The translations under genes and the position numbers were made by a program. Below the pieces are notes generated by a model. The model saw only the letters and a program-made list of their open reading frames with translations. It had not been told where the DNA came from and did no database searches. A stretch of DNA of 63,260 nucleotides, the filler included. It is 8 parts of 8 records of this genome, joined end to end, with 100 filler letters (N's around TTAATTAATTAA, not from the genome) between each part and the next. Parts side by side here need not be neighbours in the genome. Positions count along the whole stretch, not along the records: positions 1 to 10,943 come from SRR2962707_3900; 7 more parts are not named here. One strand, given 5' to 3'. Positions 1-8,675 of the stretch are shown piece by piece (position 1 is the stretch's first letter; each line of letters opens with the position of its first letter).

Positions 1-1246
1 CCAGCACCACGATGGCATCGTCCACCACCATGCCTGTTGCCAGAACCAGTGCCAGCAATGTCAGGATGTTGATCGAAAAGCCCGCCGCATAGATCGCCGC
101 GAGCGTGCCGATCAATGCCACCGGCAGGGTCAGCGTCGGGATCAGCGTCGCGCTGACGCTGCGCAGGAACAAAAAGATGACCGCGACCACGATGACAACC
201 GCCAGGGCCAGCGTCCAGAGCACTTCTTTGATCGAGCCGTTGATGAACACCGCATCATCCGAGGTGACAAAGATGTTCACGTCTTCGGGCAGAGTTTGGT
301 CGAGTTGCGATACCACCTCGTGCACGGCGGCGGAAATTTCCAGCGTGTTCGATGTGGCCTGACGGATCACGCCCAGCCCCACCCCGGTCTGTCCGTTCGC
401 GCGCAGGATGGTTTCGTTCGGGGCTGGTCCCAGTGTTACCGAAGCGACATCGCCAAGGATCACGTTATCCTTGATTTCCAGCGCCTCAAATGCGGCTGCG
501 GTGTTGACGGATGCGGTGGTGCGCACGTTGATCGATTGGCGATCCCCCATCAGGTCGCCGGCGGGCGCGTCAAAGGCGATTGTCTCAAGGGCGCTGCGCA
601 CATCGGCGAGGCTCAGCCCCCGGCTGGCCAGTTCCATCTGGTCGATGTCGACGCGAAAGATCGGGTCGCGGTCGCCAAAAATCTGAATATCGGCCACCCC
701 GTTGATTGAAATCAACCGGTCCTCGACCCGGTCCTGCACGATCTGGGTCAATTCCTGCGGCGACCGGCTGGCCGAGGTGACAGCCACGCGGATCACCGGC
801 TGGGCATTGGCGTCTGCCTTGACGATCAACGGCTGATCGGCGTCGTCGGGCAGGGCATTAGCAATGCGGGCCACCGCGTCACGTGTGTCGGTGGCAGCGA
901 CGCTGATATCGACGTCATCGTTGAATTCCAACGTCACGCGACTGCGTCCGAACCGCGAATTGGACGAAATGCTGCGCACCCCCGCGACCCGGCCCACCGC
1001 ACCTTCGACCCTGCTGGTGATTTCCTGATCCACGCTTTCGGCGGCAGCACCGGAAAAGTCGGTGGTCACGGTGATCACCGGGCGGTCGACGTCGGGCAGT
1101 TCGCGAATTTCCACGCCAAACAGGGCGGCGATCCCGGCGATGACGATCAGGGCGTTCAGCACAAAGGCCAGGATCGGTCGCTGCACGAAAATCGCCGTGC
1201 CCGATGCTTTGGGTTCGGGGGTGTTTTGTTCAGGCGTATCGGTCAT
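1..1246 (-). CDS. RND efflux transporter permease subunit (AcrB/AcrD/AcrF family); C-terminal part runs off the window start
   Basis: Manual translation from the ATG at 1246: MTDTPEQNTPEPKASGTAIFVQRPILAFVLNALIVIAGIAALFGVEIRELPDVDRPVITVTT...GMVVDDAIVVL. Collinear with the complete RND protein at 24763-27951. Confidence 0.93.
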   Translation of the reverse strand, partial: MTDTPEQNTPEPKASGTAIFVQRPILAFVLNALIVIAGIAALFGVEIRELPDVDRPVITVTTDFSGAAAESVDQEITSRVEGAVGRVAGVRSISSNSRFGRSRVTLEFNDDVDISVAATDTRDAVARIANALPDDADQPLIVKADANAQPVIRVAVTSASRSPQELTQIVQDRVEDRLISINGVADIQIFGDRDPIFRVDIDQMELASRGLSLADVRSALETIAFDAPAGDLMGDRQSINVRTTASVNTAAAFEALEIKDNVILGDVASVTLGPAPNETILRANGQTGVGLGVIRQATSNTLEISAAVHEVVSQLDQTLPEDVNIFVTSDDAVFINGSIKEVLWTLALAVVIVVAVIFLFLRSVSATLIPTLTLPVALIGTLAAIYAAGFSINILTLLALVLATGMVVDDAIVVL

Positions 1247-1247
1247 G

Positions 1248-2420
1248 TCAGCCCCGCTTGCGATCAGAGAGTTCGGCGCGCGCACCGTCCTGCATAGGTT
1301 CCTGTATTGTCGATTCCACTTCGGCCCCGGGGCGCAGGGTTTGCACACCTTCGGTCACCACTTGGTCGCCGGGAAACAGGTCTGCCTCGACCAGAACGGA
1401 ATCGCTGTTGCGCTGGCGGATCACAACCGGCACGCGCTCTGCCTGCCCGTCACGCACGGCCCAGACAAAGGATCCGTCGCTGGACCACTGCACAGACAGC
1501 GGGTTGATGGCTGGATACTCTTCGCCCGCAAAATGGAGTGTGACAGAAAACGCCATACCTTCGCGCAGGCGGTCGTCGCTGTTGTCCATCCGCGCCTGCA
1601 CCCGCAGTGTGCGGCTTGATCGGTCAACCACGTTGTCCAGCGTCGCCACCGTACCGGTCAGCACCTGATCGCGGTTGGCCAGTGGCGAAAGGTCCACCGC
1701 CATGCCGGGGTCCAGCTGACTGATCACCCGTTCCGGCACCCGAAAATCGATTAGCAGTTGCGAACGGTCGGTCATTGTCGCTAATTCATCCTGCGCCGAG
1801 ATGCGGTCGCCCTGATCCACCTCAAACAGCCCGATCCAGCCCGAAATTGGTGCCCGGATCACCCGCTGGGCCAGATCAAATTCGGCCTGACGTATTTCCA
1901 GTTCGGCGTTGCGCAGCGCCAGATCCGCCGCTCGTATCTGCACCGTGGTGACAGCGCCCGAATTTTGCAGCGATCCCAGACGGGATACTTCTTCTTGGGC
2001 GTCCACCTGCATCAGGCGGGCGCGTTCCAGCGCGATCTGTTCTGCCTCGTCATCCAGCCGGACGATGATCACGCCCTCCTGTACATAGCTGCCGGCATCA
2101 AAGGCGATTTCGCTGATGCGCCCGGTCGCCTCTGACCGCACAACGACCGAGCGTAGGGCGCGCCCGTCGCCCACTGCGGTGATGCGGTTGTTCAGGGTGC
2201 CTTGGGTCACTTCGGTCGTGACCACCCGTGTCGGGCCACCGCCGCCCCTGCGGCCAGCGGGCGTTGTGGGTGCCTGTGTTTCAGCCACCTCAATACCAAG
2301 CGCGTCCAGAACGCCGGTTCCGGCAAGCCAGCTGGCGGCCGAAGGGACATAGGTCAGCCAGATCGCCAGCGTTCCGGCGATCACGATTGCCCCAAGCAGG
2401 ATTTGTCTCAAGATGGCCAT
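1248..2420 (-). CDS. RND efflux periplasmic adaptor (membrane fusion protein)
   Basis: N-terminal TM, lipoyl-like half motifs (IRAPISGWIG) and VDRSSRTLRVQA. Directly upstream of the AcrB-family gene. Start set at MAILRQ (2420). Confidence 0.92.
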   Translation of the reverse strand: MAILRQILLGAIVIAGTLAIWLTYVPSAASWLAGTGVLDALGIEVAETQAPTTPAGRRGGGGPTRVVTTEVTQGTLNNRITAVGDGRALRSVVVRSEATGRISEIAFDAGSYVQEGVIIVRLDDEAEQIALERARLMQVDAQEEVSRLGSLQNSGAVTTVQIRAADLALRNAELEIRQAEFDLAQRVIRAPISGWIGLFEVDQGDRISAQDELATMTDRSQLLIDFRVPERVISQLDPGMAVDLSPLANRDQVLTGTVATLDNVVDRSSRTLRVQARMDNSDDRLREGMAFSVTLHFAGEEYPAINPLSVQWSSDGSFVWAVRDGQAERVPVVIRQRNSDSVLVEADLFPGDQVVTEGVQTLRPGAEVESTIQEPMQDGARAELSDRKRG

Positions 2421-2792
2421 GGGTTGGTCTGTCCTCGGTTGCTGGCATTGCTTACACCACACAGATAACGGACCACTGCGAAAGCATAGCCGATCACGCA
2501 GATATTACCTGATTTTGGGGTCTGTCAGGCGGACGTCGCAGGGACTTTGCCGGTTTTCAGGTCATCGGTGGGTCGCGCCGTCCAAAACATGTCACCCGAC
2601 GCGCGGCATTGAACGGGGACCGGCGCATTTCTGCGTGCCATTTTTACGTGGCAAAGCCTTGTGCGGCACGCGGTATCGGACGGCATGCGCGCGCCGCCGC
2701 CCTCCGCTGAGGCTTGGGAAATGTCCGCCGTGCAAGACTCCGAAACAGCAGTGCGATGTCGGCGGTCACCCGTCACGCCGGACCCATTCAAC

Positions 2793-3233
2793 CTAGCGCA
2801 TATCCTTTTCATGCAGGAACTGGCGGATATCCATCGCCTGCTTTTCGTCCATCGAGACATAGATCAGGTCCATGTTCGTCCGTTCCGTGACCATTTCGCC
2901 TGGATAGGGCAGGTAGGACAGTTCCCGCGACCCAAAAGATGGCGATGCCGTGCCGACCTGCCATTCCGTGGTCAGTTTGACATCCACCAGCTTGAGCGAC
3001 GGCCCACCGCCCCGCCCCGGTTTTTCGAGCGGTACCCCGGCCAGGCGCAGATACGACATCTTGTCTTTGGCGGTGATAAAGCCGTCGATGAACTGCGCGG
3101 TCAGGACCTGAAGTTCTGCCGCCTCGTCCGGGCCGTGCATATGGCTGTGGTGCGGGTCGTCATCCGGGTGGTTGTGGTCATGTGGGTGGGCGTGATGATG
3201 GTCATGTCCGTCGTGGTGATGATCGTGCGGCAT
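2793..3233 (-). CDS. Uncharacterised 146-aa protein with His/Asp-rich N-terminus; candidate metal (Ni) chaperone for the guanidine hydrolase
   Basis: MPHDHHHDGHDHHHAHPHDHNHPDDDPHHSHMH followed by a globular domain. Its ATG overlaps the hydrolase stop codon (TGATG, 3231-3235). Confidence 0.8.
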   Translation of the reverse strand: MPHDHHHDGHDHHHAHPHDHNHPDDDPHHSHMHGPDEAAELQVLTAQFIDGFITAKDKMSYLRLAGVPLEKPGRGGGPSLKLVDVKLTTEWQVGTASPSFGSRELSYLPYPGEMVTERTNMDLIYVSMDEKQAMDIRQFLHEKDMR

Positions 3234-4501
3234 CAGTCTTTCCTCTTGGCGCGGGTGGTCCAGCGTTTGCCATCGCGGGCCTCATCATAATCGCCCATCG
3301 GGATGCTGACCGGCTTGTCGATATGGACCTTGTGTTTGCCCAAGGTGCCGTTCGACACCATCGAACCCAGCACGTCTACAATGACCCGCGTGCCCATCAG
3401 CGCTGTGATTTCGGACTGGTCATAGGGCGGGGACACTTCGACCAGTTCCATGCCGCAGATGCCCTCGGCCGCGACTTTGGATGCCAGGGCCAGCGCCTCG
3501 CGCGGGAGGAATCCGCCCGGTTCGGGCCAGCCGGTGCCGGGCACGAACCCGCAGTCGATACTGTCGATATCAAAGGACATATAGACCATATCAACGCCGT
3601 CCCACGCCATTTCCAACGCCATTTCCGCCGTCTTGTCGATTCCCATCTTTTCCATGTCTGACATGGTGATGATGTTGGTGTTGCGGTCGCGCACGTTTTT
3701 CACCGCGTCGCGTGGGACCTGCCAGCCGCCGATGCCGACCTGAACAAGGTTTTTGGCCGGCACGTTCGGCAGGTTGGTGGAATGGAACCAGGGTGTCGTG
3801 TGCATCCGTTCATCCAGATCCTTTTCCTGAATGTCGGCATGGCGGTCGAAATGCACGATGCCGATCTTTTTGCTGGTACATTCGGCGATGCCGCGCACGC
3901 AAGGAAAACCGATGGAATGATCACCGCCAATGATGATCGGAAGCGAGCCTGAGGAGAACACATGGCTGACCGCACGGCTGATCTGGTCGAATGTCTTTTC
4001 GATATTGCCGGGGATGGTGAAAATGTCCCCCGCATCGCACAGCGACATCTGTTCGCGCAGATCTACTCCGATCTCATAGTTATATGGCGTGTAAAGCGCC
4101 GATATCTTGCGCACCCCCTGCGGGCCGAACCGTGTGCCGGGGCGATAGGTCGTGCCGCCGTCGAACGGCGCGCCCAGCACGGTCGCGTCATAGTTGCCAA
4201 CCTCGGTCACATCCTCGGTATAGGGCGCCTTTAGAAAGGTGTTGATGCCGGCGTAATGGGGCAGTTCGCCCCGGGCAAAGGTGGGGATATCGCGGTCTTC
4301 GATGCTGTCAGCGGCGGTCAGACCCATGCGCAGGGCCCAGGCGCGTTCCTTGGCCCATTCGCTGCCAGGAATATCGGCCTCGGCGCGGGCCGCCTTCCAG
4401 CCCAGCAGCTTGGTCAGGTCGGGGTGATGCCGACGCGTGCCCGTTGCGCGTTGATCGGCGGGATGGTGGGACCGGCTGCGGTCATGAAGGGGTGTGAACA
4501 T
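3233..4501 (-). CDS. gdmH: Ureohydrolase (arginase/agmatinase superfamily), guanidine hydrolase GdmH-type
   Basis: Metal motifs GGDHS, HFDRHAD and SFDIDSID, plus FARGELPHYAGINTFLKAPY, DLDERMHTTPWFH and GTGWPEPGG, which resemble cyanobacterial GdmH (Sll1077) from recall. Lies in a guanidine-riboswitch operon. SD AGGAGG precedes the ATG at 4501. Confidence 0.85.
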   Translation of the reverse strand: MFTPLHDRSRSHHPADQRATGTRRHHPDLTKLLGWKAARAEADIPGSEWAKERAWALRMGLTAADSIEDRDIPTFARGELPHYAGINTFLKAPYTEDVTEVGNYDATVLGAPFDGGTTYRPGTRFGPQGVRKISALYTPYNYEIGVDLREQMSLCDAGDIFTIPGNIEKTFDQISRAVSHVFSSGSLPIIIGGDHSIGFPCVRGIAECTSKKIGIVHFDRHADIQEKDLDERMHTTPWFHSTNLPNVPAKNLVQVGIGGWQVPRDAVKNVRDRNTNIITMSDMEKMGIDKTAEMALEMAWDGVDMVYMSFDIDSIDCGFVPGTGWPEPGGFLPREALALASKVAAEGICGMELVEVSPPYDQSEITALMGTRVIVDVLGSMVSNGTLGKHKVHIDKPVSIPMGDYDEARDGKRWTTRAKRKD

Positions 4502-5249
4502 GGGTGTCCTCCTGGGTATTCTGGAAGGGGTAGCCGCCGTTTCGGGCGTCAAAATCATAGGTGATGGTGGCGCCGATGACGTCAGGGTCGGTCGGGTCCC
4601 AGCGCGGCTTGTCAAAGACCAGCACCCGGTCGCCCAGTTTGAACCCCTCCTCAAGGTCATGAGTGACCATGAAGACGGTCATGCGGGTTTCTGCGCGCAG
4701 TTCCTGAAGAAAATGGTGCATCGCCAGCCGTGTGCCGGGGTCGAGCGCCCCGAACGGTTCATCGAGCAACAGGATGCGGGGGTGCGCCTGCAGCGCCTGC
4801 CCGATGGCAAGCCGCTGTTGCATTCCACCGGACAGGGCGGCGGGATAGGCATCTGCCATATGCCCCAGCCCGATCCGGTCCAGCACCTCTTGTGCGCGAC
4901 CCCGTGCGGCACGTCGCGCGCGCAGGGGCAGGCGGCCCCACCGTGTGCCAAAGCTTTCGGCGGCCACGATGTTGTCGCGCACGGTCATATGTGGAAAGAC
5001 GGAATACCGCTGGAACACCACGCCGCGTTCGCGCCCCGGTTCGCGTGCGGGTTCTGCGCCATCGATGCGGATTTCGCCGCGCGTGGGGCGTTCCTCGGCC
5101 AGCAGCAGGCGCAGAAACGTGGATTTACCACAGCCGGACGCCCCGACGATGGACACGAATTCGCCCTCGTCCACATCCAGATTGACCCGTTCGAGGATGG
5201 GTCTCTGGCCATAGCTCTGAAAAATGTTGCGCACGGTCACAAAGCTCAT
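4482..5249 (-). CDS. ABC transporter ATP-binding subunit (NitT/TauT type), probable guanidine importer
   Basis: Walker A GASGCGKS, signature LSGGMQQR, Walker B LLLDEPFGALD. Start overlaps the permease stop (ATGA). Confidence 0.93.
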   Translation of the reverse strand: MSFVTVRNIFQSYGQRPILERVNLDVDEGEFVSIVGASGCGKSTFLRLLLAEERPTRGEIRIDGAEPAREPGRERGVVFQRYSVFPHMTVRDNIVAAESFGTRWGRLPLRARRAARGRAQEVLDRIGLGHMADAYPAALSGGMQQRLAIGQALQAHPRILLLDEPFGALDPGTRLAMHHFLQELRAETRMTVFMVTHDLEEGFKLGDRVLVFDKPRWDPTDPDVIGATITYDFDARNGGYPFQNTQEDTHVHTPS

Positions 5250-6058
5250 AACCCGCCCCCCGCCCAAGGGTACAGCCGCCGCGACAGCGCCCGCAGCGCC
5301 CAGTCCATGATAAAGGCAAGTATCGTGATCCAGATGACGTAGGTCAGGATCACATCCATAGCGAGGTAGCGGCGCACCAGGAATATCCGGTAGCCAAGGC
5401 CAAGGTCGCTCGCGATCGCCTCGGCGGCGATCAGGAAAAGCCAGGCTGGCCCCAGCGACAGGCGCACCGATTGGATCAGTCGGGGCATCACCTGCGGAAG
5501 CGCCACCCGCAGCGCAATGACCAACGACGTGGCGCCAAGGGTTTCGGCCTTGACGATCATTTCGCGCGGGATGTCGATCACCCGTTGGGTCATATCGCGG
5601 ATCAGGAAAGGCGTGATGCCGATGACGATCAGCACGACCTTTGACAGCTCGCCCAGCCCGAAGGTGATGAACAGGATCGGCAGCACAGCCAGCGGCGGGA
5701 TCATGCTGAGCACGGCAATGAACGGGCTAAAGGCGCTGCGCGCATAGGGCAGCAGACCGATCAAGACGCCAAAGACCAGCCCAGTCAGCGCCGCGATACC
5801 CACACCCAGCGCCAGCCGCATCAGGCTGGCCCCGGTGTCGTACCACAGCAGGATGCGGCCCGTACGTCTGTCGCCCGTGGTTAACAGTTGTACAGCGGTG
5901 TCCCAGATTGTCGCGGGTGCGGGCAGCAGTCGGTCCTGCGGGTTCACCGCCAGCCGCGCATCCGAGGCGATCATGTAGACCACCAGCGCCAGCGCAAAGG
6001 GCAACAGCGTGAGAAAGACCGCCATCGCCGGTCCTGGGGTGCGGTTGATCAGGCGCAT
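5246..6058 (-). CDS. ABC transporter permease (NitT/TauT type), probable guanidine importer
   Basis: Multiple TM helices, EAA-like loop KAETLGAT, and WLFLIAAEAIASDLGLGYRIFLVRRYLAMD. Start at MRLINR. Confidence 0.92.
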   Translation of the reverse strand: MRLINRTPGPAMAVFLTLLPFALALVVYMIASDARLAVNPQDRLLPAPATIWDTAVQLLTTGDRRTGRILLWYDTGASLMRLALGVGIAALTGLVFGVLIGLLPYARSAFSPFIAVLSMIPPLAVLPILFITFGLGELSKVVLIVIGITPFLIRDMTQRVIDIPREMIVKAETLGATSLVIALRVALPQVMPRLIQSVRLSLGPAWLFLIAAEAIASDLGLGYRIFLVRRYLAMDVILTYVIWITILAFIMDWALRALSRRLYPWAGGGL

Positions 6059-6104
6059 ATGCGGTGTCCCATTGGCCCCGGCGTGGTGACCGGGGCCGTT
6101 GCCA

Positions 6105-7172
6105 TCACAGGCTGCCTTCGGCGGCCATCTGCATATAGGTCGTGTCGAACCGGAACTGGACGTTTGCTTCGCTGCCGATGACCGACCCGTCTGGATATTC
6201 CACGCCGACGAAATCGGCGCTTGGTGCACCTTCGCCCAGGATGCCCTTGTCGAACAGGAATTCGGCGACATTGACCATAGTTTCGGACAATTCCGGGCTG
6301 CTGGTGAATGTCACCGCATCGGCGGGATCATAGAACATCTGGGTCGAGGCAAGTTGTGCGTCATACCCCGCCAGATCCGTCCCCGACGCCTCGGCCATTT
6401 CGGTGCGTGCGGCAATGCCTTCGTCGGTGTCCGACGACATTATGACCATCAACTCGTACCACGCCCCAACCAGCGCGCGGCCGAAATCAGGGTTGGCGTT
6501 TAACGTGTCGGTGTTGACCACCATAAGGTCGATGATTTCGCCCGGGATATCGGCGGAATCAAACAGCTTGTGCGCGCCCGGCTCCTCTAGGATGGCCGAC
6601 ACCAGTGGGTTCCATGTGACCACAGCCTGCACATCGTCGGTCGCATAGGCCGCAATCATATCGGCGTCCGACGTGTTGATGACCCCGTCCAGATCCCTCT
6701 CTGACAGACCAACTGAATCCAACCCGCGCGCCAGCAGGTAGTGCGACACCGACAGTTCCACGAGGTTCACAGGCTTGCCCGCCAGATCGGCCAGCGTGCC
6801 TTCGCCCTTGAGAATGATCGCATCGTTGCCGTCGGAATAGTCCCCGACGATCAGCGCCGTTGTGTCCACGCCGGACCCAGACGGGATCGACAGCGTGTCC
6901 ATGTTGGTGGCCGAAACGCCATCGAACGCGCCTGCCGTGTACTGGTTGATCGATTCGACGTAATCGTTGATCTGAACGATATCGACGGTGATGCCGTATT
7001 TCTCGGCCCATTTGTCCATGATGCCGCTGGTTTCCAGATAGCCCCAGGGCATCCAGCCGACATAAATCGACCAGGCGACCTTGAAATCGGTCTTTTCTTG
7101 CGCGCCGGCCGCTGTGGCGACCCCCAGAGCCAACGCAGCCGACGTCAACAGGTATGTCATTGTCTTGGTCAT
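6105..7172 (-). CDS. ABC substrate-binding protein of the 'putative urea ABC transporter' family associated with guanidine operons
   Basis: Signal peptide, then FKVAWSIYVGWMPW and QINDYVESINQYTAG. First gene after the riboswitch. SD GAGGGG. Confidence 0.9.
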   Translation of the reverse strand: MTKTMTYLLTSAALALGVATAAGAQEKTDFKVAWSIYVGWMPWGYLETSGIMDKWAEKYGITVDIVQINDYVESINQYTAGAFDGVSATNMDTLSIPSGSGVDTTALIVGDYSDGNDAIILKGEGTLADLAGKPVNLVELSVSHYLLARGLDSVGLSERDLDGVINTSDADMIAAYATDDVQAVVTWNPLVSAILEEPGAHKLFDSADIPGEIIDLMVVNTDTLNANPDFGRALVGAWYELMVIMSSDTDEGIAARTEMAEASGTDLAGYDAQLASTQMFYDPADAVTFTSSPELSETMVNVAEFLFDKGILGEGAPSADFVGVEYPDGSVIGSEANVQFRFDTTYMQMAAEGSL

Positions 7173-7264
7173 GGTCTTCCCCTCAGGCCATGTTCCGCCG
7201 TGTGATGAAAAGCCGGGCCAGAGGCGGAACGGAATAAGAGAGCGGGCCGGGCCATGTTGCAGTG

Positions 7265-7372
7265 CTCTCCCGGGATTTTGTCCCGCCGTGTACCTGCGCG
7301 GAATTGGCCGCGCTGGCGGCATCTCTCGGACCAGACCCATCGTGTTGGATGGCGGAACCCTAGACGCCCTGC
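7265..7372 (-). ncRNA. Guanidine-I (ykkC-yxkD) riboswitch
   Basis: Minus strand reads GGCGTCTAGGGTTCCG...GGTCTGGTCCGAGAGATGCC...ACACGGCGGGACAAAATCCCGGGAG. All hallmark ykkC segments are present in order, upstream of a transporter and ureohydrolase. Confidence 0.93.
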
Positions 7373-7616
7373 ACATATTAGGCTGCCCGTAGGTTCGGAT
7401 TGCACAAAGCGTGGTGTGGGGGGCGGGTGCGGCGATACTGCGGAGCGCCGGTAAATTCCGCGAAATTAGGGGCGCTGCACTTTAATCTGGCGGTATGTGC
7501 GCCCGAAGGGGCAGCAGAGGGCGGCGACTTTCCATTTTCGGTGCTTGGTGCCAGCAAGGGCTTTCATCACTTCGACCCAGGCGCGCACTGCTGACCACCC
7601 CGGATCGGGGATCAGA

Positions 7617-8675
7617 TCAGGGTGGCGTACCGCGGGAAAAATTTTCGCGCCAGCGGCGGATGAACTGCGCGCGCTTTTGCTGGTCCAGCGCCACGATCAG
7701 TGCGGGGGACAGCCCGATGGGCCGCAGGGCGGTTTCCGACAACGGGGCGCGTTCCTCGGCGCTGGTCTTGTCTGTCAACGGGTCGATCAGCAGCACATCC
7801 GCCAATGCCACCCGCCCCTGCTCCGACAGCAGGAAATCCAGAAACGCCGCCGCCATCTCACGGTGGGCGGCGCTTTTCGGAATCATCAGCGCCCGCGACA
7901 GCACCAGCGTGTAGTCCTGTGGCAGCACGATGCCGATGCGCGGATCGTCCAGTGCGGCCACTTGGGCATAGGACCCCAACACGTTGTAGGCGATGAGATA
8001 CCGCCCTTCGGCCACCCCGGAGATGATTTCCGCGGAACAGCAGGTCGCCACCGCGCCGGTCCGTCCCAGACTTTCGAGCAGGGCGCCAAACGTGGTCGCC
8101 TCGCGTGCATCCGAAAAGGCAAAAAGATACCCCAGCCCCGATTCCTCGACATCATAGGTTGCGACCCGCCCCGCATAAGGCGATGCGGTGGGGCGCAATA
8201 GATCCAGCAGGTCGAACCGGGTCAGCGGCACATCCCCGGGCGGCACCAGATCGCGGTTGTAGGCAATAACGGCGGCCTCGCGCGTGATGCCCCACAACTC
8301 ATCCCGCCAGCGCAGGGCAGGGGGCATGGCGGTGGTCAGCGCCGACACATGCGGCGCGGCGCAGGCGTTGTTGACCAGCTGCACCATCTGATGCACGCCG
8401 GACGATATGACGACATCCGCGCCGACCTTGCCTGATGCGCATTCGGCCAGGCTCAGATCGAACAACGCGTTCGACCCCCACTGTTCGTAATCCACGGCCA
8501 GATCCGGCTGCCTGTCCAGAAAGGCGGCGATCACCGGGCCAAACACGCCTATATCCGTTGTCGACCGCACCAGCAGGCGTAGCGGTGCCGCCTCTGGGCC
8601 AAAGCTGTGGCGCACCTCTTGTGTCGCGCCGGGCAGGGCCCAGAGACAGAGCATCAGACACAGCAGCCCCCTCAT
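7617..8675 (-). CDS. Periplasmic solute-binding protein (Fe3+/AfuA-like fold) co-transcribed with tctDE
   Basis: Signal peptide, YNVLGSYA and LPQDYTLVLSR motifs. Overlaps the kinase stop codon. No permease or ATPase adjacent. Confidence 0.8.
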   Translation of the reverse strand: MRGLLCLMLCLWALPGATQEVRHSFGPEAAPLRLLVRSTTDIGVFGPVIAAFLDRQPDLAVDYEQWGSNALFDLSLAECASGKVGADVVISSGVHQMVQLVNNACAAPHVSALTTAMPPALRWRDELWGITREAAVIAYNRDLVPPGDVPLTRFDLLDLLRPTASPYAGRVATYDVEESGLGYLFAFSDAREATTFGALLESLGRTGAVATCCSAEIISGVAEGRYLIAYNVLGSYAQVAALDDPRIGIVLPQDYTLVLSRALMIPKSAAHREMAAAFLDFLLSEQGRVALADVLLIDPLTDKTSAEERAPLSETALRPIGLSPALIVALDQQKRAQFIRRWRENFSRGTPP

